Shown here one piece after another: positions 37,121 through 50,569 of a stretch of 64,000 nucleotides of DNA. Made by a program: the position numbers and the translations under genes. Position 1 is the first letter of the stretch; the number at the start of each line of letters is the position of its first letter. The stretch covers positions 138,570,001 to 138,634,000 of the forward strand of contig CM068742.1 of NCBI GenBank assembly GCA_035084275.1, read 5' to 3'. This DNA comes from Hydrolagus colliei (lineage: Eukaryota). Under the pieces are notes generated by a model. The model searched no databases. It was not told the DNA's origin and worked only from the letters and a program-made list of their open reading frames with translations.

Positions 37121-37594
37121 TGACAACTTCAACTAGGTTTGGTTTCAGACACCAACACCCAGAGCTGGATGGTGACTCACACAGATGGATGGACGGAGCA
37201 AGCGAGGAAAGCATTGTACTCACTGCAGTAATCCATTGTGCGAATTTATAGTGGGTCATAAACTGTGAAAACATAGCTGGAGAGTGATTATAACAGTCAA
37301 CTGAAGTACAGCCTTGGAATCAATGCTTTATTATTGTTTTACCTTTATTTGTATTTGTTTTCAAGCCATCGGCATCCGTCATTGTAGTTCAGGAGGGTGT
37401 GATGCTAATGTTCTCATTGATAACATCCACTGAGGATTAGAGGGCATATCTGGTAACCCAGAAGTAAGTGGTGCATGAAATGAATGGTGAAAGTATCATT
37501 CAGAGCTTCTCTGGGTCTCACTGTCCACAGCAGTAACAGAATGCATAACAGGTAAACACAGAATGTAAAATTGGCCATTTATTGTACAGAATGT

Positions 37595-37778
37595 ACAATA
37601 ATAAAATTGGTCATTTCAATCCACGACTGTTTGTGGAACACTGCTGTGCGCAATTGATTACCGTGTTTCACCCACAAATATACAGTCAATTCTCTTTCCA
37701 GTATATTCTGTCACGCACTTTGAGATATCTAGAAGACTTGGAAAGCTCTATATCAAATGCAAGGACTATTATTCTTAT
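37595..37778 (+). mobile_element. Young SINE 3' half
   Basis: aaattggtcatttcaatccacgactgtttgtgg...atatcaaatgcaagg. Confidence 0.9.
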
Positions 37779-37886
37779 ATAAAGCAAACCTTGCATATGT
37801 GGAACTCTTGAAAGTAGATTCTTTTGGAGACTCTTAAGCACGTTGATTGGTTTTCACACGTCAGATCAAACCAACGTCAGATCAAA

Positions 37887-38221
37887 CAGTAAAACCTCAA
37901 TAATCCAGCACTGTTGGGCCCCCGCACCTCACAGATGTTGGGGTTTGCCAGTATTTAGAAACCTGCCCAGAAATGGCTTGGGAAGCTCTGCCCCATACAC
38001 CACGTGTGCTGTAAACATATCACTGAAGTGAAAAAATGCCCGAGCTTTACCCACAGCACCAGATGACAGAGCGGCCATGCCAGGAACTGCAAGCAACTAT
38101 TCTGAACCTCGGCAGATTTGCCAGACATTGGGAAAAAATCTAACACTGTAAGTATTTTGGAATCTTGGCAGTTTTAGGGATTTGCCAGCTTTCAGAATGT
38201 CAGATTATTGAGGTTTTACTG
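37887..38221. mobile_element. Tc1/pogo (Tigger)-like MITE, 335 bp
   Basis: Perfect terminal inverted repeat cagtaaaacctcaataatc / gattattgaggttttactg; TA on the right flank, AA on the left. Confidence 0.85.
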
Positions 38222-38714
38222 TAGAATACAACAACCACAAAGTTACACTTGTATAGCGCCTTTCATGTCAGGAGGACGTCCCAAAGTGTTACTCAGTCAT
38301 TGTTTCAGAATATACAGGTCTGTATGAATCTGAGAATCGTTTCAGCACATATTATCTGGCTGGTGCTAATTCTCCACTGCCTGCTCAAATCCTATTTCCT
38401 GCTCTGTTATGCCAATGTGATGACTCTACAGCTGTATTTTCTACAGCAAAATGCCACTTATGCTCAGTAGCGTAATCACACCATCTGGTTTCATTAGCTT
38501 CTGAACTGTCATCGCAATCTCCTGATAGTGGACCTTAAAGAATATTTTACATGTAATTTTCAATCGTGTTTGCATAACAAGCAGATAGCAATTATATGAC
38601 GTTACATTACCTCTTGAATTATCAATATATTGGAGTAAAATTTAGTCGCCTGCAATCAATTTTAGCAGGATTTGATCAGGAAGGTAGCATCAGTGGATCA
38701 GATGAGTACTTCGA

Positions 38715-38895
38715 ACATATTTTTTATGAAGTTAGCTGGGTGTCTGACACATGCATAAACCCAGCACCAAACTGCATGCATGCCATCTACACACAGAAAT
38801 GTTCTTGTTTTGGGAATGGAATACACACCCTCCCTGGAGGGACACAACCTGTTTACCTCATTCTGGAGAGTATTAGGTGCATATTGGTGAGAACC
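38715..38895 (-). repeat. Unclassified dispersed repeat, copy 3
   Basis: Reverse complement aligns to 13110-13290. Confidence 0.7.
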
Positions 38896-38985
38896 AATAA
38901 TAATAATAATTCTAGAGTAGGGGAAACTTGCCCAAGGTTTCACCATGCCTGGAATCAAACCCAGGTCTCTCGCTTGCAAGGCTCT
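38896..38985 (-). mobile_element. Young SINE remnant, split by L2 (extreme 5' head at 40304-40325)
   Basis: ggaaacttgcccaaggtttcacc...gtctctcgcttgcaaggctct | L2 | aaccactgagctacaggactcc. Confidence 0.85.
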
Positions 38986-40303
38986 ACAACAACAACAAAA
39001 TTAGATTGATATAGCGTCTTTCAAGTCAGGAGGATGACCCAAGGTGCTGGACAGTCAATGTTTCAGACCCGAGCTGGGATCGGGAATGGGGAGGGTGGAG
39101 GGAAAGGAGGTGATTTGGGCTGAGCGATGAGTCTGTCAAAGAGGGTCTTGAGGCAGGACTTGAAGAAGGCCAGGGAGGGGGTGAGGCGAAGGGACTGTGG
39201 GATGGAATTCCAGAGATTAGGAGCAGAGTGGCTGAAGGCTTGCCTGCTGATGGCGGGGTTGGTGGGTTGGGGGATATTGAGAAGGCTGGAACCTGCTGAG
39301 TGGAGGGGCAGGCAGGTTGGTGGGGGTTAGGAGGTCGCAGAGGTAGGGTGGGGTGAGGCCAGAGAGGGCTTTGAAGGTGAGGACCAGGATCTTGAATTGA
39401 ATCCTCTGGGTGTTGGGGAGCCAATGGATTTGTGTGAGAATGGAGGAGATGGGGTCACGAAGCTTGGAGCGGTAGAGGACACGGACCAAGTTCTGGATAA
39501 TCTGCAGCCTTTGGAAAGAGGAGTAGGGAAGGCTGACAAACAAGGCATTGGCTTAGTCAAGCCCGGATGTGATGAAGGCATGAGGGTTTCAGTGGCCTGA
39601 GTGGTGAGGTAGTGGCAGAGTCGGGCAATATTGCAGAGGTGAGGGAAGGCAGAGCGGATCGTGGCTTGGATTTGGGGGAGGAAAGATAGTTGAAGATCGA
39701 ATAAGACACCAGATTCTTGACTGGCTTGGTGAAATGGAGTGCGCAACCATGGAGGTTGATACTGCCAGTACCTGATGTGTGAACTAGCTGGCTCAAGCCA
39801 ATCAGGAGGTCTTCGGTCTTATTGACATTCAACTGTAGAAAATTAGCTCTCATCCAGGACTTGATGTCTGACAGCCAGTCTGTCAGGATAGTAGTGATCC
39901 TGGAATCGAGGGTAGAGGCAGAAAAATAGAGTTGGGTTTCATCCTCATACATATGGAAGTTGACCCCATGTCTGCAGATGATGTAGCCAAGGGGGAGCAT
40001 GTAGATATTGAAAAGCAGGGGGCCTGGGGGACGCCACAGATGATAGTGCAGAGGCTGGAAGAGAAGCCATTCATGGCGACAAAGTGGAGATGGTGAGAGA
40101 GGTAACAGTCGAACCAGGTGAGGGTAGATTGAAGAAGATTGAGCTAGGAGGATAGGTGGTGAGGAAGGAGATGGAGCAGTCGACAGTGTCAAAGGCAGCA
40201 GAGAGGTCAAGGAGGTAGAGAGAGCTCTGATCACAGATGTTTAAAATGTCGACTTTGACTAGGACTGCCTCCTTGTTATGGGCAGCACAGAAACTGGATT
40301 GTA
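38986..40303 (-). mobile_element. L2 LINE, 5'-truncated, with a pseudogenised reverse transcriptase
   Basis: [48 protein letters not shown] (YADD mutated), [33 protein letters not shown]; frameshifts; (ttg)n tail. Confidence 0.96.
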
Positions 40304-40619
40304 AACCACTGAGCTACAGGACTCCACGAGGTTTTGGGGAATCACACACTAATGATGTAGTCCGCAAGGCTGCCACCATTGCTGAACCACAGAGCTCTAT
40401 AGCTACTGACAAAAATAGGTGGGTGTTCAGAACTTTGTTGTACAGTATTAAATAACTGAACATTGAAAATAAACCATTTGAGAGACTCAGTAACACTTAT
40501 TGATATTTATTCAAAAAAAGTGTCAAAACAATGTGACTGGAAGGAAATAACTGCTGTTTATTATTTGGAAAAAGCAGAATTCTTCTTAAAACAAAGCCAT
40601 TTTGTTCCCACAGGGTTTT

Positions 40620-40880
40620 GTTTGCTCCACCCTCGGCGGCCGTGCCTTCAGCCACTATGCCCCGAGGCTCTGGAAATCCCTTCCTCACTCCCTTCGCCCT
40701 CGCCCCCTTTCTTCCCAGTTTCAGGTCACAGCTGAAGACCTTTCTTTTCGACCGCGCTTTTGGTCACCTTTCTGCCCCCGCCCCTGGCTCGGTCCCAGGA
40801 TCCGCTATTTTAAAGCGCTCTGAGACGCCGTCCAGCATGGAGGGTGCTATATAAATCGAAGTTGTTCTTGTTGTTATTGT
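40620..40880 (+). mobile_element. L2 3' fragment, same subfamily as 28920
   Basis: GGRAFSHYAPRLWKSLP; FRSQLKTFLFDRAF; gctatataaatcgaagttgtt. Confidence 0.9.
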
Positions 40881-41135
40881 ATTTGTTGCCCTCCCCCATT
40901 CCACCCCTCCCCCCAGCCTCCACCCCCCCACCCCCAACCTCCACCACCGCCCCTCCTACCCTTCAAACACATACAATGGTAATGTCCCATTCCATTTCAA
41001 GACCAAATAATAGCATTGTAACTTACCAGAACAGGAAACCAACTTTGTAAATTGTTTCCCTCAACTCTGATACCAAAAATATATCTCGATAACAACAGAT
41101 TCTAGCACAGATATGTGGGTCACTAATTTATATGT

Positions 41136-41445
41136 GAAGTCCTTGGTTAGATTACTCGCCTTGTAAGCAAGAGGACCTGGGTTTGATTCCCGGTAGGTCA
41201 AAGCAAAACCTTGGACAAGTTTCCTTACTTCACATCCCTGATAATAATCCCTCAAAAAATAATAATAATAAATTGGTCCCTCCAATCCACGACTGTTTGT
41301 GGGACACTGCTGTGTACAATTGGCTGCTGTGTTTTGCCCACAAATATACAGTCAATTCATTTTACAGTATATAATGTGAAGCGCTTTGAGACGTCTAGAA
41401 GATGTGAAAGTGCAATATTAAATACAAGGATTCTTATTATTATTA
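41136..41445 (+). mobile_element. Young tRNA/Deu SINE
   Basis: gttagattactcgccttgtaagc...gggtttgattccc; Deu domain; tail. Confidence 0.9.
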
Positions 41446-41689
41446 AGCTGGTGTCAGTCAGGAACACTGATTAGCATGTTAACAAACACTGGTGATAATT
41501 GAAAAACAACAAAACTGAAACTATAGTTTTGCGATTCATTTCTCAATGCCATATCACATATCTCTTATCAGGTTTCCTGTGAGACAGGACATTTCTCACT
41601 GAAATGCTCTATCTTATTGGGCTGTTCATCATATTCATTACCTGTAACACTGGGGATCACGCTCAGCTCTGAACTGTCTCTGTCTTGCC

Positions 41690-41960
41690 CACCAATGGTG
41701 GGGTGAAGCATGTGATGGATGTGAACACAGGCTGGTTTGTGCAGATTGGAGGGAGAAGCTAGGCAGGAGGGATTGCAGGAGCTTGTTGAGATAGGGTGGG
41801 GCAACGACATTTGACAGTAAGGCCAAGAATCTTGAATTCAATCCAGTGGAGAATGAGAAGCAATTGAAACTGAGGAGGATGGGGGAGGGGAGTGGGGTTG
41901 AAGGGCCTCGGAGCTGGGTGCAGGAGAAGAACCTGGGCTGCAACACTGTTCTGGAGATAC
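41690..41960 (-). mobile_element. Old L2 fragment
   Basis: Minus-strand PPYLNKLLQS...HPTIGG; cactggattgaattcaagattcttggcctt. Confidence 0.65.
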
Positions 41961-42309
41961 TACTGTAAGTAGTAGATATTTCCATTATATACATTGGTCA
42001 TCAAAGTAGTCCATGATGTCTTATGTAATGTCTATCATGGTACAGTATTTGAACTCTAGACATAGTTACTTGTTGGAAAAGGGAACAAAACCCTGTGGGA
42101 GACTATTTATCTTGTTGCAATGGTTCTTTTTTCCCACTTTGTTTCTACAGCATTGCAAACTATTCTTACTGCTGTGGTCAGAACAGCGTCATCACTTCCT
42201 TAGATCACTTAGGTTGCCATGAGACTCTTTCTGGGTGTTTCAAATCACTAATTTGGCTTCCGCAGTCTTCTGTATTCAGAAAAACATCACACATTCATTA
42301 TAATATAGT

Positions 42310-42755
42310 AAAAAACAACAATAATAAATTTTAATCCATGACTGTTTGTGGGACACTGCCGTGCGAAATTGGCTGCCACGTTTTGCCCACCAATATACAG
42401 TATATTCACTTTACAGTATATTATGTGAAGTGCTTTGTGACATCTAGAATACGTGAAAAGCACTATATCAAATGCAAGCATTATTATTATTACTATATGC
42501 CCTGCCTCTTCACAACCTTTTTAGCCACTATGTCCCAAACTCTGGATCTGTCTACCTCAGACCTTTTTGTTTGCCCCCTCCTTGCTCATCTTCAAATCAT
42601 ATCTGAAGACTTTCCTCTTTGACCCTGCCTACGGTCACCTCCTCTCTCTCCCCATATCTGTGTCAAGTTACACCACTTTTAAGCATTCCCTAACCCTAAT
42701 TGGCTACCAGCATGAAGAGCGCTATATAAATGGAAGTTGTTGTCATTTTGTTGTT
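42310..42755 (+). mobile_element. Young SINE 3' half followed by an L2 3' end
   Basis: SINE tail ends ~42493; then IFKSYLKTFLFDPAY and gcgctatataaatggaagttgttg. Confidence 0.85.
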
Positions 42756-43799
42756 GAGGGTGTGCTTTTCCAAGGTAATATATTAAGATAAAAGTTGGAT
42801 TTGAGTTCACTGAAACAAAAACGTATTCTAAGTAATGTCCGTTCTACATTGTTCTTTAACTGCAGTTGCTATTTTTCTCTTTTACTCTTAGAATGCTTCA
42901 AGCCACATCATTTGCATGAACCATGCTAAGGATTGTGATTTCACAATATCACTGCAGATCCACAGAGTCTGTATAAATTTATAACCTTATTCTCTGCATC
43001 AGAACAGATGTCAATGGGGGAAGGGGGTGAGGAGTGGTGGAGGGGAGTCTTTACATAGGGATTATAAATCCTCAATGGTTCCATTTACAAAATTCTTATT
43101 CGAAAAAAAGATGTGACATCTGCCTTTGGTGGAGAAGGTCCTCTGTGTGTATGTGTGTGTGTGTATAAATTGTTGCATTCTCTGCAGGTTCCCTGGCCAG
43201 ACTTCACATAAAGAAACACATTCATCTGAATGTATATTCAACGCGTCCGATGCTTTTAACACTAGTTGACTTGTGTGTGTGTGTCAACCCCAAGCTCTTA
43301 TTCGAAGATTTCTAATTTGTGTTGCATCCGTTTCCATACATTCCCTTGACGTGGTTACACCTGAATACTGGGAACAAAGGGGATAAACGTGCAGTGGAGA
43401 TATCGAAAATAAAAATATTGTGGCCATGGTACCATACTGATAATTGTCTATAGGTAAAAAGTGCCACAGGGCTTATCATATAAACTTGGTAATGTTGTAA
43501 TGGGTTCTGGAGAATGTTCGAACAATTCTTAAATTTCTTTTTTTTCTAGTGGGTTAGTTTTCTGTTGTTCTTCCTGCGGAAAACCTGGTTTCAAAATTAA
43601 GACCAATTTTATGGATGTCAAAAGTTTAGTATTTAAAAGTATTGTGTCTACTATTAGTGGTCAGTCTCTGATCAGCACTGCTTGCCTGAGGCCTGACATT
43701 CCACCTATTCTTAGCCTGTTAAAATTGAATTTAGATGTAAGATTTAAGATCAAGGAGAATTGTGGAAAATTCCGAAATTCAATCCTAGTTTAGACATCA

Positions 43800-44200
43800 G
43801 TCTGGCTCAGCACTCGGGTGGCACTCTCACCACTGAGTCAGAAGGTTCGGGGATTACAGTTTAGGCTGACACTCCAATGCAATGGTTAAGGAGTTCTGTA
43901 CTTTTTTGAAGGTGCTGTCCTTCAGATGAAATGCTAAACTGAGGTCCCGTCTGCAGTCAAATGGATGTTAAAGATCCTCCGGAACTACTTGGAAAAGCAG
44001 AGGGAGCTTCTATCATTCTGGCTAACAATTACCCGTCCCTCAAAAAAGTAACCTACTTCAAGTCTGATTAGAATGTAATTACTGAGGGCAAATTGGCCGG
44101 CTGTTGTGTTTGTCTATGAACACAGTCACTATATGTCACAGTAAAATCCTGCGAAATGCTTTGAGATGTCCCAACGTTGTGGTAAGGCGTTATATCAAAA
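43800..44200 (+). mobile_element. Old Deu-SINE
   Basis: gtggcactctcaccactgagtcagaaggtt...ggctgacactcc...cttcagatga...gttaaagatcc...gcaaattggc. Confidence 0.75.
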
Positions 44201-45869
44201 AGATTGAAAGAGGAAATGCTGAGATTGAGCAGATGAATGACACTCTTCATCTTAGTATCATTCATATGTTTAAAATTCCTTCACAAGAAAACAAGCATCT
44301 ACAACAATAATCATCCGACTGGATCTTCATTTTAAAAACTGAAAGACAAAACAGAACATCATGTGAGTTACCCTTGGACCTCATGTGAGTGATTCATCCA
44401 TATTTACCGTGCACACAAGCCACAGCATCTTTTATGAGGTTTTGTGAGGTGCAAAAGCCTTTTCGATAAAAGCTGTTTCTGCCGCGTCTATAATTAGGTC
44501 CAATCGTGTTTTGCCCGTGGGTTTCTACATATTCTGTTGTGGAATAAAAACATTAGTGAGTCATAATGTGGTTATATCTTGAAGCCAATTGTTCTTGGTG
44601 CTTTTTCATAGACATTCATTGCTGTGGGAGGTTATTGAATCTTTTTCAAGCTCTGTGTGACTCTTAATTTGGGTTAACAATTGGAAAGAATAAAATACTT
44701 TCATCTGTGTCATTCACTGAGGCCTCTTTTTGCCCATTTCTTAACTCCAGCCAATTTTACTGAATCTTTCTCTTTCCTTCACCCTTTGTGGGATTTTGCC
44801 CTTTAAACACACACCACATGATTGCCAGTGGATACCCTTTATTCACTCTTACCTTCATCCTTGTTGTGCCCAATTGAAAGAACAGCTTCTAAATTAAGCC
44901 TGAATTTCAGAATTTTTCCAAAATTAGTCACTCACTCCGTAGCTATTTTTGGAACAATGCTGTGCACAACTGGCTGATTCGCCCACAAAATGCATAATCA
45001 AACATCCCGACAATGTGCTTGGGTACTATTATCAAATGCATGGATTAGTATTATATTATTATTAGGTACAGTAAGGTCAAATCACACTTCTAAAATGTAC
45101 CAATGTCCTGTAAACTCTAGGACTCGGAGATGATTGGGGAATGTTAGATATTGGGTACACTGACATAACTTGTGTCATTTAAACAATATCCCCAAAGGAT
45201 ATTGATTGAAAAATATTGTTATTCGTTTAGTACATTAAATGCAGACAGTAATATTATGATTTTGCGTAATTCCTGGGCTAACCTGGAACGTGCTGAAGCA
45301 CTTCACTGTTGCTCACTTGTTAAAATTAAATCTTCGATCGGTGACTAGCTGTACCCGAGGTTTTTTTATTTTACCTACTCATGCAAAGGTACTGTACTCT
45401 TGAAAAGTTGTCCGGTCTCCTGTTCTTTTCTGACGCCCCCGTTCTAACTTAATTTGCTCTCAAGAAAAATAAAATATGGCATTTCGCCCAGTGGAACCTC
45501 CTCTTTAGTTTAATCTTGAGAATCTTTCTCTTAATATCAATTATCCCTAAACTGTACCAGAGAGACTTTACGATCAAAGAGAAAGAAGCAGACTGTAAAC
45601 TCAAGTAACCATATGGAGCAATGCTTATTTCTCAAAATTAGACACATTGAAATAAATTAACAATCTCCATCCACTTACGTTTTCTCTCCCCGCCCCACTC
45701 AACTGAAGGTTTTAATTTGTGCTACCCATATGGTTCCTTGGGTGTGGTTAGTCTCTATGATATAACCTGAGTGTTGGAAGTTAATCCACTTTTTCATTAA
45801 AGCCATTTTGTTAGTAGCTGGGTGCCCCTGATACACTCTGAATGCCTTCATCCTGCTTATGGTTAAAAT

Positions 45870-46085
45870 AAATCCGTCCAAAAAAACCCCCACAATAATA
45901 AAATTGGTCATTTCAATCCACGACTGTTTGTGGGACACTGCTGTGTGCAATTGGCTACTGTGATTTGCCCACAAAATATACAGTCAATTCACTTTACAGT
46001 ATATTCTGTGAAGCGCTGTGGGTCGTCAATAAGATGTGAAAAGCGCTATATCAAATGCAAGGATTATGATTATGATTATTATTAT
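45870..46085 (+). mobile_element. Young SINE 3' half
   Basis: Near-identical to 19430-19636. Confidence 0.92.
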
Positions 46086-47176
46086 GAGCATTCACACCAG
46101 ACTTGAGTCCCACATGTTCATACACCAACATATGGAAATGTTACTATTATGTAATTTCACTGAACCAAGGTAAGTATGATTCATTATTGTATTATGTACA
46201 GCACCTAACAATGAGTAACAGCAGGATTGTTATTAGATAAGTGAATTCTCTGAGCTGGCCTCTTAAGTGTGGTGCAGCTAATCCAAATAAAAATCTACTG
46301 ATAAAAAATATTTGTATTCAAAAACTTTTGATGGTTGTTAAAATAAAGGATGACTGTCTATTTTTTAACCTTACTTAAATGTTATTAAGAAACCAGATAA
46401 GTTGCTGTTATTAGGCAGAGTCAGCTAACTGTAAACTGGGAGATTGTACTGGCATAAAAGAAAAAGGTCAATGTGAGTACAGATTAGTAGGAGTCTGCCA
46501 AGTTTACTAATCTCACTGAAGATAGGATCACATCAATGTGATGTATCCAACAGAGCTTCAAAGCAGGATCACATTAGTACTTAGAAAGAAGACTAATTAA
46601 TCTAGAAGGAACATGTAAATTGGATTGTTTCAGGACAAGCGGTTATTAATTAGTACAAAATATGGCTTATTTTTCATATTGTTATGTATTCTTTTATAGC
46701 TATTTTCATCTATTTTAGGATGTCCTCCCCAAGAGACATTGCAAGGTGGTTGGAAGCCCACTAGTTGGCTGCTATCTCTGACAGGGTGCTGTGTGAGGTG
46801 CATTGGGGCCCCTAAGTGACCTTAAATCCTGACTCAGCTGTTGCATTTTACTGTGTCTCAGCCATCCCTATTAACTGAGCTACAGTTCACTAATCAAGAT
46901 AATAGAGTACAGCTGGAAGGCTCACTAGGCAGCTAAAAGTAAGCTTTTTCTTAAAACTTGTTCGCTCTATGGACGGTTAGTAACTGAAGGTAACTGAATG
47001 GTCTCATTATAACACAAACAGTCCGAGTTACCTGGCTAGGTGATGACTCTGTCAGGGGGAACGAGAGACTGTATCATCTAACTGAAGAACAATGTACTAC
47101 AGATTCTTCAAAATATACATAGTCAGTAAATGTGCTGTCAATTTCTACGATTCTGTAATTCTATTTTCCATTCAAC

Positions 47177-47507
47177 AATAATAATAATAATCCTTGCATT
47201 TGATATAGGGCTTTTCACTTTTCGTCTTATCAACGTTTCAAAGCGCTTCATAGAATATACTGGTAAGTGAATTCACTATATATTTGTTGGCGAAATGCGG
47301 CAGCCAATTGCACACAGCAGTGTCCCACAAACAGTCGTGGATTGAAATGACCAATTTTTATTATTGTGTTTTTTTTTGGGACGGATTATTATTAGGCATG
47401 TGGAGAAAGGAAACTTGCCCAAGGTTTCGCCCTGATCTGCCTGGATTCGAACGCAGGTCTCACTCACTCTTGTAAGGCGAGTGCTCTAACCGCTGAGCTA
47501 CAGGAGC
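47177..47507 (-). mobile_element. Full-length young tRNA/Deu SINE
   Basis: Tail (aat)n ccttgcatttgat to head gctgagctacaggagc; B box ggattcgaac. Confidence 0.95.
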
Positions 47508-47671
47508 TAATAATTCAATATTTTTAAAAAGGGATGTAGAAATAGAGTAAGTTGGATTTGTCCCAGTGTGGTAAGGTTTGTGTCATCCAATAACCATCAC
47601 TGTGAATTTACACCTACATAAATATGGGACTTGGAGTAGTTAACAAGGGATGTGCAGTGTGAAACATTAAA

Positions 47672-47690
47672 CGGACACTAGATGGCTCCT
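47672..47690 (+). promoter_or_regulatory. CTCF-like motif
   Basis: ggacactagatggctcc resembles the CCACYAGRKGGC core; motif match only. Confidence 0.3.
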
Positions 47691-48050
47691 CCCAGCATGG
47701 CAAAAACCAAGACTTGCCTTGGAATATTATTGCCATCTTTGTTCTGAACACTAAGAATGTCGTGATCTGGCTGCGTAGAGACAGTGGGTAGGGAGAGCAC
47801 TGGTCTAGCTATGTGTCAAATTCAAAAAGTTACAAAGAAAAAATAAGAAAAAGTAATAGAAGAAAAGTCTTCAGTTTTGAATGATGAGGATTTCAGTGGC
47901 TGTGAAATCCTCACCATTCAAAAGTAAAGATGGTGGAAATCCTGATGTACGACTTGGGCGTTGTCACGCTGGAAAGAAACAACAACAGCTTGCATTTCAT
48001 ATAGCGCCCTTCACACAGGATAGCGTCTGTGAGCACTGATACACTGAAAC

Positions 48051-48068
48051 GCTGCTCCCTAGTGGCCA
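48051..48068 (-). promoter_or_regulatory. CTCF-like motif
   Basis: Reverse complement tggccactagggagcagc, close to TGGCCACYAGGGGGCRSY; motif match only. Confidence 0.4.
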
Positions 48069-48514
48069 TTTCATATCAAACGTTTCCAAGAACTTTCCTG
48101 AGCTATCGAAGGCACAAACTTACACTGCTGATAAATGACATATAGATTATACTCTTACGTAGAAAGATGGTTATCAACACTAACTGGGTCCAGCTCCTTT
48201 TAGGATAAAGAAACATTGTAAATAATTGGACATCATACAAATACAATCACAAATCAACCACAGCGCCAACTAAAACATTATCCTGGATCAGTGATTATGC
48301 TGTCACTTCATTATACTGCCACGAGTGTGTCAGCCTTTCTCTTTCTCTCAGATTCTATTTTTTTTCCCCCTGAATTTCTCTAACTTTCTTTTTCTTTGTC
48401 TGCCTCCTAAACCGTATCATGTAAAAATATAAAGACTCACCATTGTTCCAACAGAAAGAAACACTATTGGTGTACAGGTGCAAACAAGGGTGTGAGGTTC
48501 TCAGTTAGGTTTCA

Positions 48515-49145
48515 CTGTGGCACAGTTAGTAACACTCTCACCTCTGAGTCAGTAGATTATGGGTTCAAATCTCATGACATTATGTTCATAGGTTAGACCA
48601 TGGGTTTCTAGGCAGTTAATCACTACATGATAAAAAAAACAAGAGAAAGTACTTAGTTAGACTAATTGAAAATAAAGCCCAATGCACAAAGTATTTAATG
48701 CATCTCAAGATAAATATATAAACGTTATTGTTTAAACTGTGGTAAATATCCCTCCTGGCTCTTTTTGTATCGAGCAGGCACGATATAGCGGCTATTAACC
48801 AGTTGGGTTAGACTGAGACCTTAGTGCAGTGTTAGGGGAATATTGCATTGTCAAAGAGACGCCATTCTACATTTTGTCTGCCTGTTCAGGTGGATGGTAA
48901 AGATCCTATGGCACAGTTTGAAAAAGAAAGGGAGTTCCTTCTGCTTCTTCGGTGTCTCCTGGCTTTCATCCTCTGGGTAAAATTGGTCATTCACTTCATT
49001 GCTGTGGAGCATTCCTGTGCGCAATTTGGTTCCTGTTTTCACCTAGAACTACAGTCACTCACTCATAATACAAACTCTTGCAAAGCATTTTGCATGCATT
49101 TCGTCAATGTGATAAATCGCTATTTCAGATGCAAGAATTATTATG
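48515..49145 (+). mobile_element. Old Deu-SINE, interrupted at ~48600-48800
   Basis: ctgtggcacagttagtaacactctcacctctgagtcag head; ggtggatggtaaagatcctatggcac...gtgcgcaatttgg body. Confidence 0.7.
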
Positions 49146-49689
49146 AATGCATAGCTGGCAACAGAGCAATCTCTGCAACAAAGACAACACATGTGAATGA
49201 CACATATGTTTGTTGATATCTCACAGACCAATTTCTGCTTCGGAGGCCATGTGGAAATGGGTATGCAGGTACACAACACTTTCTTGATGAACCAGGAACA
49301 CGCTTTGAGTTAGTCAGTGCTATTCATACACTGGCAGCTCATATACAGAGACAAATCTTGAGGAACATCTGTCTCAGCCTCAGGGGTACATATCTCTTTT
49401 GTTTTGGTTTCTACAGTGTCTTGATCCGCATTTCTCAAGTGGTGATTCTGAAAGAGCTTTTGAAGGATGGCTAACACCCATTTCATTTTAGAGCCGGTCA
49501 TTTAATACTTTAATAACCCCTTTCCTCCTGCTTGATCATTGTTGATCAGGCATCAAGCTCCTGCTTCAATCTAACCAGTATAATCTCTGGCCTGAAGTGA
49601 GTATTATCTCTTTCATTTAACTGGTATAATAATTATTATTTAATCATAAAAACCCTTGCACTTGATATTGCACTTTATCTCCACTATCC

Positions 49690-50095
49690 ACGAACAGCTG
49701 ATTCAGAACTCTGCCGCCCATATATTCACCCGATACTAAACTCTGTACCTCCAACACTCCAGTTCTCACCAGGCTTCACTGGTTCCCTATCACAGAATGG
49801 ATCAATTTCAAGTTCTTGTCATTCATTTACAAATCCCTTCACACCCTGGCATCTTTCTACCTTTCTGACCTGCTTTTTCCCAACTCCTTTACCCACTGCC
49901 TTCACTTGGCTGGCTCTGGCCTCCTGCTTGTCCCTCTTCCCCTCTGTTCCACCGTTGGCATCTACACTGTAAGCCACTATGTCCAAAAGCTTTGGAACTC
50001 TCTCCCTCAACCCCTCTGGCTTACTTCCACATTCCCCTCTTTTGGACTATGTCTGAAGACCCTCCTCTTCTCCAATGCTTACAGTCACCCCCTCC
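49690..50095 (+). mobile_element. L2 fragment
   Basis: RLHWFPITEWINFKFLSFIYKSLH...LWNSLPQPL...LKTLLF. Confidence 0.85.
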
Positions 50096-50569
50096 CATCC
50101 ATTTACAGGGTATCCAGGAAATAATATAAATTGCAGTGACTCTATTTGTAGTCAGAAGTGGCAGCCAATTTTCCAAACAGACATGAAGTTGAAAGACCAA
50201 TTTTATCTGGTAGATTGATGGGCAAAACTCAGGGAGAAACTCGTGGGAGAAGCATTCATCAAATAAGCTATATTCTTCTGCAGATACACATGGATATAAT
50301 AAAGTTGTATCGCACAAACAGGAGATGCAGTGGTGATACCATCATCAGTAATATGTGCCTCATCAGAACATAAGAGCTGTTAATGATGAGAGGCCCATTG
50401 TATTGGGTCTATACAATCTGGAATGTGATTGTGTTCCAATATGTGATGAATGCTGCATGTGACCTTTCATCACTGTTACGCTGTGATTCTTTTTGTTTTC
50501 ATTTGGTGCCCACGACGAGGTAATTAACTTTTGAAATATTGCACCAGTCTTGTGAAGCCAGCATTATAG

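Noticed and set aside
39557-40234. 225-aa ORF as a functional reverse transcriptase or domesticated gene
   Set aside because: The catalytic YADD reads YEDE, and there are frameshifts, an internal deletion and 5' truncation: a dead L2
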